Positions 46,927 to 56,783 of a stretch of 64,000 nt of DNA are shown here, in pieces. Within the stretch, counting starts at the first letter, position 1, and the number at the start of each line of letters is the position of its first letter. Under the pieces are notes generated by a model, which was given only the letters and a program-made list of their open reading frames with translations, was not told where the DNA came from and ran no database searches. The stretch lies in NCBI GenBank assembly GCA_026387405.1, contig JAPLLV010000056.1, positions 25,765 through 89,764 on the forward strand, in the 5' to 3' direction. This stretch comes from Candidatus Omnitrophota bacterium (GTDB lineage: Bacteria; Omnitrophota; Gorgyraeia; Gygaellales; Profunditerraquicolaceae). The position numbers were made by a program, and so were the translations under genes.

Positions 46927-48241
46927 GCTGAGGCAGTTAAAGCCGATACTTTTAATAGCGCTGCTGTGCGCATTAAGCCTTATCCTGCATCTAAGCCTGC
47001 TTATCGTTTTTCTTCTGATCATTTTAACCCTGTACCTCGTAACAACCCAAAAAACCACCCATGCATTTAAAAACATTCTTTTGCATCTAAGCCTGCTTTT
47101 CGTAATAATCCTCGTCTTAAGCTATATCATCATCCAGAACGGCGGGACTTCTTATTACATACCATTTGCGGTTGTGCCCATCCTGGTTCAAATGCTCTTC
47201 TGCGACCTCGGGCTTTCGTTATTCACTACCCTGGCTGCTTCTCTCGCAGTCAGCGCGGTATGCGGAAACAATTACAACCTCTTCCTCCTGTTTACCACCA
47301 GCGGCCTGGTGTCCATACTATTGGTAAAAGAAGCCCCCCGGCGTATGCATGTGATGCGCGCCGGCGCAGTAGTAGGATTAGTACAGGCGGCCTCCTTATT
47401 TATCCTCAACCAGGCGGCGATCAGCTCCTGGGGAAGCTACCTGCTTCTCTTCTTAAACGGAATTGCCTGCAGTTTTATCGTCCTGGGGATCCTGCCCATC
47501 TTCGAATACCTGTTCAAGACGGTAACCGATATCAGTTTACTGGAGCTGGCGGACTTTAACCAGCCGCTGCTGCAACAATTGATAAAGGACGCGCCTGGCA
47601 CATTCCACCACAGCCTCGTAGTGGGAAATCTCTCGGACGCGGCCTCCAAGGCAGTAGGGGCGCACGCGCTCTTAGCCAGGGTAGGGGCATATTATCACGA
47701 TGTGGGAAAGCTTTCTAAGCCGGATTATTTCAGCGAAAACCAGGGCAATAACGAAAACATCCACGATGACCTGACGCCTACCATGAGCAAACTGGTGATC
47801 ATGAACCATGTCAAAGAAGGGCTGGACCTGGCAAAAAAATATAAATTGAGCCCGCGCCTCATGGATTTTATCCAGCAGCACCATGGCGACAGCCTGGTTT
47901 ATTACTTCTATCTCCGCGCCCTTCAGGGGATGGAGGATAAAGATGACGTGAACGAAGAAGGGTTCCGTTATCCCGGCCCAAAACCATCAACTAAAGAAAC
48001 TGCCATAGTGCTGCTCGCGGATTCTGCCGAGGCTGCCACGCGCACCTTAAAAGAACCAACCCCCTCCAATATAGAAGAACTGGTGCACAAGGTAATCAAT
48101 AATAAGTTTATCGACGGACAGCTGGATGCCTGCGACCTGACTTTAAAAGACCTGGAGCAGATCTCTGCCGTGTTCATCCATATTTTAGGGGCCATCTATC
48201 ACAGTCGCATAATATATCCCGAACAAGGCAAACCCCGTTAG
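46907..48241 (+). CDS. Membrane HD (HDIG) phosphohydrolase, PgpH-like; start uncertain
   Basis: Multiple TM helices; APGTFHHS, YYHDVGK, QHHG, FRYPGPKP, LADSAEAA; between phoH and ybeY. Confidence 0.85.
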   Translation: MHDRLGLLRQLKPILLIALLCALSLILHLSLLIVFLLIILTLYLVTTQKTTHAFKNILLHLSLLFVIILVLSYIIIQNGGTSYYIPFAVVPILVQMLFCDLGLSLFTTLAASLAVSAVCGNNYNLFLLFTTSGLVSILLVKEAPRRMHVMRAGAVVGLVQAASLFILNQAAISSWGSYLLLFLNGIACSFIVLGILPIFEYLFKTVTDISLLELADFNQPLLQQLIKDAPGTFHHSLVVGNLSDAASKAVGAHALLARVGAYYHDVGKLSKPDYFSENQGNNENIHDDLTPTMSKLVIMNHVKEGLDLAKKYKLSPRLMDFIQQHHGDSLVYYFYLRALQGMEDKDDVNEEGFRYPGPKPSTKETAIVLLADSAEAATRTLKEPTPSNIEELVHKVINNKFIDGQLDACDLTLKDLEQISAVFIHILGAIYHSRIIYPEQGKPR

Positions 48242-48263
48242 AAAACTCCGTTCTCTAACGGGG
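48233..48263. repeat. CCCCGTTAGA/TCTAACGGGG palindrome containing the HD gene stop codon
   Basis: 10-bp perfect inverted repeat. Confidence 0.6.
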
Positions 48264-48269
48264 CAAAAA

Positions 48270-48773
48270 ATGGAAATAGCCATAAAAAACCTGCAGTCCA
48301 AAATTCCTATCAATCCGAAGAGGATAAAAAGAATAATCCTTGATACGCTTTCATCCGAAGGCGTCAAAAAACCAGCGAGCATCAGTGTCTGTTTTGTAAA
48401 CGACAAGAAAATAAAGGAATTGAATCTGCGTTTCCTTAAAAGATCGGGACCAACCGACGTAATATCCTTCGACCTATCCGCCGGTACAAAAGAGATTGTC
48501 GCGGAGATCGCCGTCTCTACGGACACGGCTATACGCCAGTCAAAGATCTATCACACCACTTATACCTATGAAACTCTCCTTTACGTAATACACGGGTTGC
48601 TGCATATACTTGGCTATGACGACAGAAGCGCCCGTCAAAGAAAACTCATGCAGGAAAAAACAGAATCTATACTTGATAGTTCCCGACTCGGAAAAACTTT
48701 TATTCTTCGAGCAAGGTCCCTGCCTGCCGGCAGGCAGGGAGAAGATAAAAGTTTTGCCTCGCTCGAACAATAA
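48270..48773 (+). CDS. ybeY: rRNA maturation RNase YbeY (C-terminus extended through an R1 repeat)
   Basis: PTDVISF, HGLLHILGYD. Confidence 0.92.
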   Translation: MEIAIKNLQSKIPINPKRIKRIILDTLSSEGVKKPASISVCFVNDKKIKELNLRFLKRSGPTDVISFDLSAGTKEIVAEIAVSTDTAIRQSKIYHTTYTYETLLYVIHGLLHILGYDDRSARQRKLMQEKTESILDSSRLGKTFILRARSLPAGRQGEDKSFASLEQ

Positions 48774-48774
48774 C
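48678..48774. repeat. Palindromic repeat family R1 carrying a CCTGCCTGCCGGCAGGCAGG insert
   Basis: GTTCCCGACTCG..TTCTTCGAGC..GTC[CCTGCCTGCCGGCAGGCAGG]GAGAAG..CTCGCTCGAACAATAAC. Confidence 0.85.
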
Positions 48775-48783
48775 ACGATCTAC

Positions 48784-49554
48784 ATGTCCATTCCTAAAAC
48801 CGAAGCCATAGTCCTTAATAAGCGCGATTTCCGGGAGACCTCTTTAATCGTTGATTTTTATACCCGCGATTTCGGTAAGATAAGCGGGCTGTTAAAAGGG
48901 ATAAGGGCCGATCCCCGTAAATTCGCAAGCACCCTGGAGCCTTATTCGTTCAACGAGATCATTTTCTATAAAAAAAGGAATTCGGCGCTGCATCTGGTAA
49001 GTCAGTGCGACTTACGCCATAACTATAACGTCGTGCGCAAAGATATAATGAAAAGCGCCAATGCCATTCTCATATGTGAGCTTATCCATAGCGTAATGGG
49101 ACAGGAAGACAAGAACGAGGACATATTTAACCTGGCAAAGGAAACCCTGGAGGCACTGGAATCCAATAGCAGCCACACCGAAAAAATCACCTTGATATTC
49201 AAGATAAAACTCCTGACACTCTCAGGATTCCAGCCACACTTTGAATCCTGCGTGTCTTGCGGGACAAAGATAACCCAAGAGGCGAAATTCAGCCTCTCCC
49301 AGGGAGGACTTTTGTGTTCGGGGTGTTTCCCGAAAGACACGCACGCGAGGACGATCTTCCGGGGTACCATTGCCTCGATACTGCATATACAGAAAAACGA
49401 CATGAGGACAAACCTGAATCTCGGCCTGAACCCGGAGATCAAGAAAGAATTAAGCCAGATCCTGCACGCCTTCTTCAGCTTCCACCTGGAAAAAGATTTC
49501 AGGGCAGAAAGGGTATTAAAACAGTTGCGTAGTTTAGAACCTGCGATACAATAA
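48784..49554 (+). CDS. recO: DNA repair protein RecO
   Basis: EAIVL..RDFRETS, GKI...KG, CxxC...CxxC zinc finger. Confidence 0.92.
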   Translation: MSIPKTEAIVLNKRDFRETSLIVDFYTRDFGKISGLLKGIRADPRKFASTLEPYSFNEIIFYKKRNSALHLVSQCDLRHNYNVVRKDIMKSANAILICELIHSVMGQEDKNEDIFNLAKETLEALESNSSHTEKITLIFKIKLLTLSGFQPHFESCVSCGTKITQEAKFSLSQGGLLCSGCFPKDTHARTIFRGTIASILHIQKNDMRTNLNLGLNPEIKKELSQILHAFFSFHLEKDFRAERVLKQLRSLEPAIQ

Positions 49555-49558
49555 TAAT

Positions 49559-50491
49559 ATGAGAATCGTTATTGTCGGACCCGGGGCGATCGGCTGCCTG
49601 CTGGCGGCATTTTTATCAAAATCCAAGGAAGAGGTAGTGCTTTTGGATAAAGATAAGGCGCGCGCGCAAAGCCTGAACCAGCACGGCATAAGCGTAGAAG
49701 GCATATCCGGGAACTGGCAGGCAAAAGTACATGCCTGCTCAGAGGCAAAAGATCTAAAAGACATAGACCTGGTGATCATCGCCGTAAAATCCTACGACAC
49801 AAAAGATGCCATAACCCTGGCTAAGCCGCTTGTGGGAGAAAACACAAGGATCGTTACGCTGCAGAACGGCATCGGGAATATCGAGGTTATCGCGGAGGTT
49901 GTGGGTAATGATAAGGTGATCGGCGGCGTAACCAACATGGGCGCGACCCTCCTGGATACGGGCAAGGTGCGCCACGCAGGGCGCGGGGAAACGACCATCG
50001 GCAGGCTCGACGGAAAAATACCGGTTGAGATGCGCTATATCCGTGAAATATTCAATAAGGTGGGCCTGCAAACGCGCATTTCCCGTGACATAAAAGGCCT
50101 TTTGTGGTCAAAGCTGATCATCAATGTGGGCATAAACGCCCTCACCGCGATCACCCGCCTTAAAAACGGGAAATTATTGGAATTCGAGGCCACGCGCAGG
50201 ATATTGCGGGAGGCGGTGAGCGAGGCAACCAGGATAGTCAAACGAAAACGCATAAAGCTTATTTATGATGACCCCCTGACCAAGGTCGAAGCGGTCTGTG
50301 AGGCAACCTCCGGTAACGTATCCTCGATGCTGCAGGATGTCTTACGGAAAAAACGCACGGAGATAGATTATATAAACGGCGTCATTGTCCGCCAGGCCCA
50401 GGAACTAGGTATCCCCGCCCCGGTTAATTCCGTATTGGTAGACTTGGTCAAGACCCTCGAATCCACCTACAACGTTTCCAACACCGCTTAA
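49559..50491 (+). CDS. panE: Ketopantoate reductase
   Basis: GPGAIG, AVKS, LQNGIG, WSKL, SSMLQD, TEID.ING. Confidence 0.93.
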   Translation: MRIVIVGPGAIGCLLAAFLSKSKEEVVLLDKDKARAQSLNQHGISVEGISGNWQAKVHACSEAKDLKDIDLVIIAVKSYDTKDAITLAKPLVGENTRIVTLQNGIGNIEVIAEVVGNDKVIGGVTNMGATLLDTGKVRHAGRGETTIGRLDGKIPVEMRYIREIFNKVGLQTRISRDIKGLLWSKLIINVGINALTAITRLKNGKLLEFEATRRILREAVSEATRIVKRKRIKLIYDDPLTKVEAVCEATSGNVSSMLQDVLRKKRTEIDYINGVIVRQAQELGIPAPVNSVLVDLVKTLESTYNVSNTA

Positions 50492-50516
50492 AAAAACGCA
50501 GGAACAGTTTTAAAAA

Positions 50517-51365
50517 ATGAAGAAAAAAGCCATCTTGCTTATTTTAGGAATCCTCTTATCTCTCTGCCTGATCAGCGCCCTGAATATGAGCGGTTACCTT
50601 TTTATATCCGGATGGGGTAACGGCCGATTCCTGGGTGCGCGGATAAGGGCATACCCCAAAAACGCGTTTATTACCGATACGCTCCGGCTCTTAAAATTAA
50701 GAAAAGACAACGCGGCTTACCTGAACAGCGAACAGATCCTCAACCTTGAGCCGTATAATATCGATGCCCTATGGATCAAGGCGGAAGTCTTACGCAGGAA
50801 AAACAATTATAAAAATTCGGAAGAATTGCTGCGAAACATCCTCAACGACGACCCTGAACACAACCCTTCGTTGATCAGCCTCGCGTATATAGAATATAAC
50901 GCAAATAAATTTGACGAAGCCCAGAGGCTTATCCAGCGCGTCCTGAAAAGTAAAGACCTGGAGCGCGAAGAGCAGGCTTTGGCTTTTATGATGCTGGGCG
51001 CGATCAATAGCGGCCGTGCCCAAAGCGGCGGCTGGATCTTTAACAAGTTTCGTTACGGCACCAAGATCAAAGGCTATTTTTTAAAGGCCAGGGAAATTGC
51101 GCCGGACCTGCCCGAGGTCCATCTTGCCCTGGGGACATTCTATCTCTATGCCCCGGCGTTGGTAGGAGGAAATCTGAATAAGGCAATTTCCGAGTTGGAG
51201 CGCGCTGTCTCCATCGCCCCCGAGTTTGCTACGGCCTACGCCCGCCTGGCCCAGGCCTATAAAGCCAAGAACGATATGGCCAAATATAATTTATTCCTCA
51301 ACAAAGCCAAAAAGCTTGACCCTCAAGATGAAACAGTAAAGAAAGCAGAGGATGATAAACACTGA
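50517..51365 (+). CDS. Tetratricopeptide repeat protein with N-terminal signal/TM
   Basis: Repeated TPR-like helices (e.g. AYARLAQAY...AKKLDP). Confidence 0.75.
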   Translation: MKKKAILLILGILLSLCLISALNMSGYLFISGWGNGRFLGARIRAYPKNAFITDTLRLLKLRKDNAAYLNSEQILNLEPYNIDALWIKAEVLRRKNNYKNSEELLRNILNDDPEHNPSLISLAYIEYNANKFDEAQRLIQRVLKSKDLEREEQALAFMMLGAINSGRAQSGGWIFNKFRYGTKIKGYFLKAREIAPDLPEVHLALGTFYLYAPALVGGNLNKAISELERAVSIAPEFATAYARLAQAYKAKNDMAKYNLFLNKAKKLDPQDETVKKAEDDKH

Positions 51366-53061
51366 AATAGCGGAGATATTCCGCCAGATCGCCCAGATTT
51401 TAGAGATAAAGGGGGAGAATGTCTTTAAAATACGCGCCTATGAACGCGCAGCGCAGAATATCGAAGGCCTGACCGAAGGCCTGAAAAATATAGCTAAAGA
51501 AGGCCGGCTCACCGAGATCTCCGGCATAGGCAAAGACCTCTCCAATAAAATAAACGAATTCATAAAAACAGGCCGCATCCAGGCCTACGAAGACTTAAAG
51601 AAATCAATACCCGGTGGCCTGCTGGAATTATTGAATATCCCCTCCGTCGGGCCAAAAACCGTCAAGCTCTTATATGAACAACTAAAGATAAAAAACATCT
51701 TGGACCTGGAAAAAGCAATAGCCGGGGGAAAGCTCAAAGGCATATTCGGGATAAAAGAGAAAACTATTGAAAATATTTCTAAGGGCATAGAGCTGCTGAA
51801 TAGATCCTCCGAACGCATGACGCTGGCGCAGGCCACTTTACTAACGGAGGAATTCCTGAAAAGCCTCAAAGATATTCCGGGTGTCAAAGAGGTATCCTGC
51901 GCGGGGTCATTACGCCGGCAAAAAGATACGGTGCGCGACATTGATATACTGGTGACCTCGGATAAGCCGCAAGATTTAATGGACGCCTTTGTGCGCCTGC
52001 CTCCGGTAAAAGATATCATAGCACATGGAGAAACAAAATCTGCCGTGCGCACCAAAGACGATGTGCAGGTTGACTGCAGGGTGGTTGAAGACAGGTCATT
52101 CGGCGCGGCGCTCGTATATTTTACCGGTGCGAAAAATTTCAATATCAAACTCCGGCACCTGGCGATAAAAAAAGGCCTCAAGGTCAATGAATACGGCGTA
52201 TTCCGGAAAGAAAGGTTCGTAAGCGGCAGGAGCGAAGAAGAATTATTAAAGACCTTGGGGATGCAGTATATCCCTCCGGAATTAAGGGAAGACGGCGGAG
52301 AAATAGAGCTGGCGCTGAAAAATAAATTACCGCATCTGATCGAGCTATCGGATATCAAGGGTGACTTGCACGTGCATTCCAACTGGTCAGACGGCTCAAA
52401 TTCCATCGCAGAAATGGTTGAAGGCTGCGTAAAGAGGGGCTACAGGTACGCGGCTATCACCGACCACTCCCAGAGCCTCAAGGTCGCGCACGGCCTAAGC
52501 ATCGCGGATTTAAATAAGAAGAGGTTGGAGATCGAGCGTTTAAATAAGAAACTGCGCAATTTTACCGTCCTTTTCGGCACCGAGGTAGAGATAGATTCAG
52601 AAGGCAATATTGATTATAAGGACGGGGTATTAAAAGATTTTGACGTGGTGGTAGCGGCGATCCATTCCGGATTCAAACAATCAAAAGAACAGCTTACTAG
52701 GAGGATGATCAAGGCCTGCAAGAATAAATACGTGCGCATAATAGCCCATCCCTTTGGCCGGCTCTGGGGCGCACGCGAACCCTATGAGCTGGATCTCGAT
52801 GAGATCTTAAAAGTTGCCCGGGAAACCAATACCCACCTGGAGATAAATTCCTTTCCCGACCGCCTTGACCTGAACGACATACATGCCCACAGGGCAAAAG
52901 AGATGGGCGTGAAGCTGGCCATCAATACGGATGCGCACGCCTTAGAGCAGTTAGGGACAATTAAGTACGGGCTGGCCATGGCCCGCCGGGGCTGGCTTTC
53001 TGCCGAAGACGTGATCAACACCCTCCCGCTGGACATACTATTGAAGGAATTAAAGAAATGA
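51352..53061 (+). CDS. polX: DNA polymerase X / PHP 3'-5' exonuclease
   Basis: GSLRR...RDIDIL, YFTG, PPELRE, DLHVHS, ITDHS, NTDAH. Confidence 0.94.
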   Translation: MINTEIAEIFRQIAQILEIKGENVFKIRAYERAAQNIEGLTEGLKNIAKEGRLTEISGIGKDLSNKINEFIKTGRIQAYEDLKKSIPGGLLELLNIPSVGPKTVKLLYEQLKIKNILDLEKAIAGGKLKGIFGIKEKTIENISKGIELLNRSSERMTLAQATLLTEEFLKSLKDIPGVKEVSCAGSLRRQKDTVRDIDILVTSDKPQDLMDAFVRLPPVKDIIAHGETKSAVRTKDDVQVDCRVVEDRSFGAALVYFTGAKNFNIKLRHLAIKKGLKVNEYGVFRKERFVSGRSEEELLKTLGMQYIPPELREDGGEIELALKNKLPHLIELSDIKGDLHVHSNWSDGSNSIAEMVEGCVKRGYRYAAITDHSQSLKVAHGLSIADLNKKRLEIERLNKKLRNFTVLFGTEVEIDSEGNIDYKDGVLKDFDVVVAAIHSGFKQSKEQLTRRMIKACKNKYVRIIAHPFGRLWGAREPYELDLDEILKVARETNTHLEINSFPDRLDLNDIHAHRAKEMGVKLAINTDAHALEQLGTIKYGLAMARRGWLSAEDVINTLPLDILLKELKK

Positions 53062-53068
53062 ATCTATT

Positions 53069-53245
53069 GCTTTTCGTTTGCTCGGGATATTGCCCCTGCT
53101 TGCTTACACTCGCAGGGATTTCGCTAGACAAAAAGTTAAGGTGCTCAATTCGCGCAGCCCCCGAAACTTTTACCTTAAAGATTATTATTCAGGTATATGT
53201 TTCGGGATAATTGTGCGCTCACAATATCCCGAGCAAACGAAAAGC
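53069..53245. mobile_element. MITE-like element with 24-bp perfect terminal inverted repeats
   Basis: GCTTTTCGTTTGCTCGGGATATTG ... CAATATCCCGAGCAAACGAAAAGC. Confidence 0.7.
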
Positions 53246-53259
53246 CTAAATAAAACAAT

Positions 53260-54192
53260 ATGAATACACTCATAAACGTATTTTCGATAATTATAGCTGT
53301 GCTTTTAAGCGGGTGCCAGCAACAACGCCTCTACAAAGACACGCGGGTGTTGATGGGGACTTTTGTGGAGGTGATCTCACCGGAAAAAAGGGCAAGCAAA
53401 ATAGCCTTTGATGAGATGCAAAGATTAGAGAACCTCTTAAGCAAGTATAAACCGGACAGCGAGGTTTCGCGATTAAATGCGAAAGGCGAATTAAAGTTGA
53501 GCCCGGAGGCATTCTTTATCATCAAGAGATCCAAGGATATCTCTCAAGCCTCCGGGGGCGCCTTTGATATCACGGTAGCGCCGCTGGTTGACCTCTGGGG
53601 GTTCACTGATAGGAAATTCAAGATCCCCCAAGATACAGAGATCAAAGAAACCCTTAAACTGGTAGGTTCAGAAAAAATTGTATTGAACGATAGCAATAAT
53701 GTGGTAAAATTTAGCTTTCCCGGAATGAAAATTGATTTGGGCGGCATCGCTAAAGGGTATGCCCTTGACTGCGCGGCAAAGAAACTTAAGGACGCCGGAA
53801 TAAAAAGCTGCCTGATAAATGCCGGAGGACAGGTATATGCCCTGGGTGACAAATTCGGAACCCCCTGGATGATAGGCATTAAAGACCCCCGCCGGGTAGA
53901 GCCTACGGAATTTATCACTCTGGAAAATCAATCAACTTCTACCAGCGGCAATTACCAACAGTTTTTTATTAAAGATGGCGTGCGCTACGCGCATATAATT
54001 GATCCCAAAACAGGCTTCCCGGCAAAGGCCGGATTAATTTCCGTAACGGTAACTGCCCCGGAGGGTCTGACCGCAGACGCGCTCTCCACCGCCATATTCG
54101 TGCTGGGGAAAGAAAAAGGAGAGGCCCTGGCAAAAAATTTTCCGCAAATAAAGCTAATGGAAGTCGAAGAGAAAACGGCTAAAACGCAATGA
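53260..54192 (+). CDS. apbE: FAD:protein FMN transferase lipoprotein
   Basis: Lipobox LSGC, MGT, GAFDIT, DLGGIAKG, TSGNY, HIIDPKTG, ADALST. Confidence 0.93.
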   Translation: MNTLINVFSIIIAVLLSGCQQQRLYKDTRVLMGTFVEVISPEKRASKIAFDEMQRLENLLSKYKPDSEVSRLNAKGELKLSPEAFFIIKRSKDISQASGGAFDITVAPLVDLWGFTDRKFKIPQDTEIKETLKLVGSEKIVLNDSNNVVKFSFPGMKIDLGGIAKGYALDCAAKKLKDAGIKSCLINAGGQVYALGDKFGTPWMIGIKDPRRVEPTEFITLENQSTSTSGNYQQFFIKDGVRYAHIIDPKTGFPAKAGLISVTVTAPEGLTADALSTAIFVLGKEKGEALAKNFPQIKLMEVEEKTAKTQ

Positions 54193-55526
54193 ACAACGTA
54201 AATCCCGTTAACCCCGCCCAAAAACAGATGTTCGTGTTCTTTTCCCACCTCTTGGATAGGACGGTAGTTGATAACAACGGCCAATTAGTCGGCAAGGTAC
54301 ACGATATAATCGTAAGGACTACGGAGGTCTATCCGCAGTCTGTGGCGCTTATCATACGCAAAGGTTTTCTCCGGCGTCAATACGCGCTAGTTGCCTGGGG
54401 CGATATCAAAGAGCTAGAAGAAAATGAAGTAGCCTTAAAGATTGCCCTTGAAAAGATCAATTTTACCGATAAGCACAACAACAAGGAAGAACTTACCCTG
54501 CGGCGCGATATCCTTGACCAACAGGTCGTTGATACCCACAATCATAAAGTCATCCGCGTAAACGATATACACTTATTGCTCGTTGACCATTCCCTGATGG
54601 TGGCGCATGTGGATATAAGCGTAAAAGGCCTTGCCCGCCGATTAGGGGTAGAGCCGTTCATCGCATTCTTATGCAAGGCCCTCAATAAAAATTCCGACTA
54701 TTTATCAAAACTCAACCTCATTGGGTGGAAATACATCCAGCCGCTCTCCATCAATCCCGTAAGCATGACCATCAAAGTAGACATGCCGCAGAAACAGTTA
54801 AGCGCCATACCGGCCGCGGATTTAGGAGATATATTCCTGGACCTCAACCAGAAACAACAGGCGATTCTTTTCAAATCCCTGGACATCTCAACCAAGGCCA
54901 GGATCTTTATCAATATTGATTTTAAGACCCAAAAATCCTTGATCGAGGAACTGCAAAACAAAGATATAGTAGAAATATTAAACAGTATCCCTTCGGATGA
55001 AGCCACGGATTTCCTGGAAAAGCTTCCCCAGGTAAAAGTGGACCAGCTCTTAAAGCTCCTGGAAAGCAAGATCTCCAATAAATTATCCCAGCTTCTGGGG
55101 TATTCCAGCGATTCAGCCGGAGGCCTGATGACCGCTGAATACCTGGCCTTTACAAAAGAAACCCCAGTAGAAGAGACCCTCAGGCAGATAAAAGAGCGCT
55201 CCTTCAAGGTAGAACCCTTGCAATTCGTTTATGTGATCGATGAAGGCCATCATTTGATGGGCTCAACGAACTTCCGCCGGCTCATTATGGCTGACCCTAA
55301 AGAACCCATCCAAAAAGCCATGTTCCCCAAGACCTATCCTGTGCACCTGGATTCCAGCGTTAAAGAAGTGGCGTACTTAATGGATAAATATAAATATTAC
55401 GTCATACCCGTAGTGAATAAAGACAACATCCTGCAGGGGATTATCACCGTTGATGATATCCTAAGCCAGGTGATCAGTATCGCCTGGAGAAAACTAAGAA
55501 AGATAACCCCAGCGACAAAAATATGA
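54189..55526 (+). CDS. PRC-barrel / MgtE N-terminal / CBS domain protein
   Basis: LDQQVVD..RVND, SAGGLMT, GIITVDD; precedes Nramp. Confidence 0.82.
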   Translation: MNNVNPVNPAQKQMFVFFSHLLDRTVVDNNGQLVGKVHDIIVRTTEVYPQSVALIIRKGFLRRQYALVAWGDIKELEENEVALKIALEKINFTDKHNNKEELTLRRDILDQQVVDTHNHKVIRVNDIHLLLVDHSLMVAHVDISVKGLARRLGVEPFIAFLCKALNKNSDYLSKLNLIGWKYIQPLSINPVSMTIKVDMPQKQLSAIPAADLGDIFLDLNQKQQAILFKSLDISTKARIFINIDFKTQKSLIEELQNKDIVEILNSIPSDEATDFLEKLPQVKVDQLLKLLESKISNKLSQLLGYSSDSAGGLMTAEYLAFTKETPVEETLRQIKERSFKVEPLQFVYVIDEGHHLMGSTNFRRLIMADPKEPIQKAMFPKTYPVHLDSSVKEVAYLMDKYKYYVIPVVNKDNILQGIITVDDILSQVISIAWRKLRKITPATKI

Positions 55527-56782
55527 GACTAAAAAGGTTCTGGCAGAGCCTGCTTATATTTCTCGCGGTAATGGGTCCCGGGATTATTACCGGAAGCGTG
55601 GACAATGACGCCGGAGGAATTACAACCTATTCGGTTGCCGGAGCGCTCTATGGCTATAAGCTTTTGTGGGTGCTTATCCCGTCATTCATTATTTTGGCCG
55701 TGGTCCAGGAGATGAACGCGAGGATGGGGGTGGTAACCGGGATGGGCCTGGCAGACCTGATCCGGGAAAATTTCGGGGTCAGGATCACCTTTTTCATCTT
55801 CCTGGGGCTGGTCATTGCCGATATCGGCAATACCGCTACCGAGTTTGCCGGAGTAGCCGGAAGCATGATGATATTCGGAGTGAGTAAATATGTCTCTGTC
55901 CCGATATCCGCCCTCGCAGTCTGGATACTCGTGGTAAAAGGCAACTATAAGATAGCGGAGAGGATATTCCTGTTGTTCAGCTTTTGCCTTCTCTCATATA
56001 TAGTCTCCGCGCTCCTGGCAAAGCCGGACTGGCACCAGGTGGTATCGGGATTCATGATACCGAATGTAACCTTTGACGCAAACTGCCTGGGATTGATCCT
56101 CGGCATCGTCGGCACTACCGTAGCTCCCTGGATGCAATTCTACATGCAATCGTCCGTTATCGAGAAAGGCATTAAAATAAAAGATTATAAACTTTCGGTG
56201 CTCGATGTTCTGGTAGGCTGCACCGCCACCATAGTGGTTGCCTTTTTTATCATGGTTGCCTGCGCCGCAACGCTGAATAAAAACCATATCATCATACAAG
56301 AAGCAAAAGACGCGGCTATGTCGCTTAAGCCCTTTGCCGGTGCCTTTGCCGCGCAGCTATTCGCCTTTGGGCTTTTCGTGGCGTCTATATTCTCTGCGGC
56401 AATACTGCCTCTGGCCACCGCTTTTTATGTCTGCGAGGCCTTTGGTTTCGAGGCCGGTATAAACAAGAACCTCCGGGAAGCGCCTCAATTTTATTCACTG
56501 TTCACCGCGATCATATTGATCGCCCTGATCATCATACTGTTCCCTAACGCCCCCCTGATCGGCATCACCATCTGGACGCAGGTAATCAATGCCATGCTTT
56601 TACCGGTAGTACTTTTATCCATGATACTTATGGTCAATAATAAATCGATCATGGGAGATTACACAAATAATAAATTCCAGAATATCGTGGGATGGGCAAC
56701 CGTAATAATCCTCATAATACTTACCATAATGCTCTTAGCAACGCCTATCGCATCATATTTAAAAAATTTAATCCGAGGTTAA
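55523..56782 (+). CDS. Nramp-family divalent metal transporter
   Basis: MGPGII..DNDAGGI, QEM.ARMG, GTTVAPWMQFY; many TM helices. Confidence 0.88.
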   Translation: MRLKRFWQSLLIFLAVMGPGIITGSVDNDAGGITTYSVAGALYGYKLLWVLIPSFIILAVVQEMNARMGVVTGMGLADLIRENFGVRITFFIFLGLVIADIGNTATEFAGVAGSMMIFGVSKYVSVPISALAVWILVVKGNYKIAERIFLLFSFCLLSYIVSALLAKPDWHQVVSGFMIPNVTFDANCLGLILGIVGTTVAPWMQFYMQSSVIEKGIKIKDYKLSVLDVLVGCTATIVVAFFIMVACAATLNKNHIIIQEAKDAAMSLKPFAGAFAAQLFAFGLFVASIFSAAILPLATAFYVCEAFGFEAGINKNLREAPQFYSLFTAIILIALIIILFPNAPLIGITIWTQVINAMLLPVVLLSMILMVNNKSIMGDYTNNKFQNIVGWATVIILIILTIMLLATPIASYLKNLIRG

Positions 56783-56783
56783 A

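Noticed and set aside
53078-53263. 61-aa ORF, and the similar 30208-30390 ORF
   Set aside because: They lie within the MITE-like element and the CIRCE/R2 leader respectively, with no protein features
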